A stretch of 64,000 nucleotides of DNA. It comes from Anaeramoeba ignava BMAN. Its lineage: Eukaryota; Protista; Anaeramoebae. Positions 63,601 through 64,000 of the stretch are shown here, piece after piece (positions within the stretch are counted from its first letter, which is position 1; the number at the start of each line of letters is the position of its first letter). The translations under genes were made by a program, and so were the position numbers. The notes below the pieces were generated by a model. It ran no database searches. It was not told the origin of the DNA and worked only from the letters and a program-made list of their open reading frames with translations. The stretch covers positions 1 to 64,000 of the forward strand of contig JAPDFW010000026.1 of the NCBI GenBank assembly GCA_028826165.1, written 5' to 3'.

Positions 63601-64000
63601 ATTTTTAAATAAACATTTTCCAAAAATATAAAAAAAAAAAGATTTTTTCTTTTCAAAATTAAAAATACATCTTGTAAATTAGCATTTGCTCCAGATTTAA
63701 TAAATTCAATTATATTTTATCTAATTTATTTTTACAAGCTGAATGAAGTGGTGAATCATTCTTTTTAATAATTAATTAATTAATAAATTAATAAATAAAT
63801 TTATAATTTATTATAAATACTCACATATTTTTATATTTAATTTTAATTTTAATTTTAATTTTAATTTTAATTTTAATTTTAATATTTTACATCCTTTTTT
63901 ATTGTTAAAATTAATTTTAATTTAATAAAAATTGTTTTTATAAATCTTAAATCAAACATCAAGAGAATTAACAATAGCTCCTGCTAATATTAATTTTCAA
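60669..64000 (-). CDS. Ankyrin-repeat + tandem BTB protein encoded by alternating ankyrin exons and pairs of 3-nt microexons (5' end beyond window; several small indels)
   Basis: Ankyrin exons: >64000-63958, 63760-63669, 63445-63352, ~63144-63044, ~62845-62753, 62565-62467, 62245-62151, 61961-61869 (GETPLHFACLLGDSNFIHFLVSIGAKINVIN) and 61668-61574. The terminal exon 61387-60669 reads NEKPVDC...FCDYEIKLKDCVIPVHKLILQTR...VHKLILQARSELFRGMF. Two 3-nt exons lie between each pair of long exons. Confidence 0.8.
61453..63893 (-). other. Nine pairs of single-codon microexons (AG-NNN-GT)
   Basis: D 63891-3 / Y 63825-7 (acceptor reads AA); K 63586-8 / D 63519-21; D 63281-3 / R 63211-3; D 62978-80 / K 62923-5; N 62689-91 / F 62629-31; N 62403-5 / R 62307-9; K 62092-4 / M 62023-5; K 61816-8 / D 61739-41; N 61512-4 / Y 61453-5. 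Confidence 0.85.

Overview
Extremely AT-rich eukaryotic genomic DNA with short GT-AG spliceosomal introns and the standard genetic code. The expanded BTB family and an acetate:succinate CoA-transferase with a short presequence suggest an anaerobic, hydrogenosome-bearing protist such as Anaeramoeba (inference). About 17 protein genes can be reconstructed by splicing the ORF track: three ankyrin/BTB genes, three tandem RCC1-BTB paralogs, a neurobeachin-like protein lacking BEACH, ASCT, an F-box membrane protein, CENP-T, a DUF1648 protein and others. There are also two nucleosome-length satellites and several introns inflated by 12-bp microsatellites. The main finding is a single-codon (3-nt) microexon system. 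In the minus-strand ankyrin-BTB gene at 60669-64000, each ankyrin repeat is one ~93-99-nt exon plus two AG-NNN-GT microexons. These microexons encode exactly the two variable beta-hairpin residues of the [D/N]-x-x-G-x-T-P-L-H motif (9 pairs). A second gene (about 2600-6363) has the same pair after its ankyrin exon, plus a tandemly duplicated run of six single-codon exons. All splicing is inferred from DNA alone. Several homopolymer indels suggest uncorrected long-read errors, especially at 59-64 kb.
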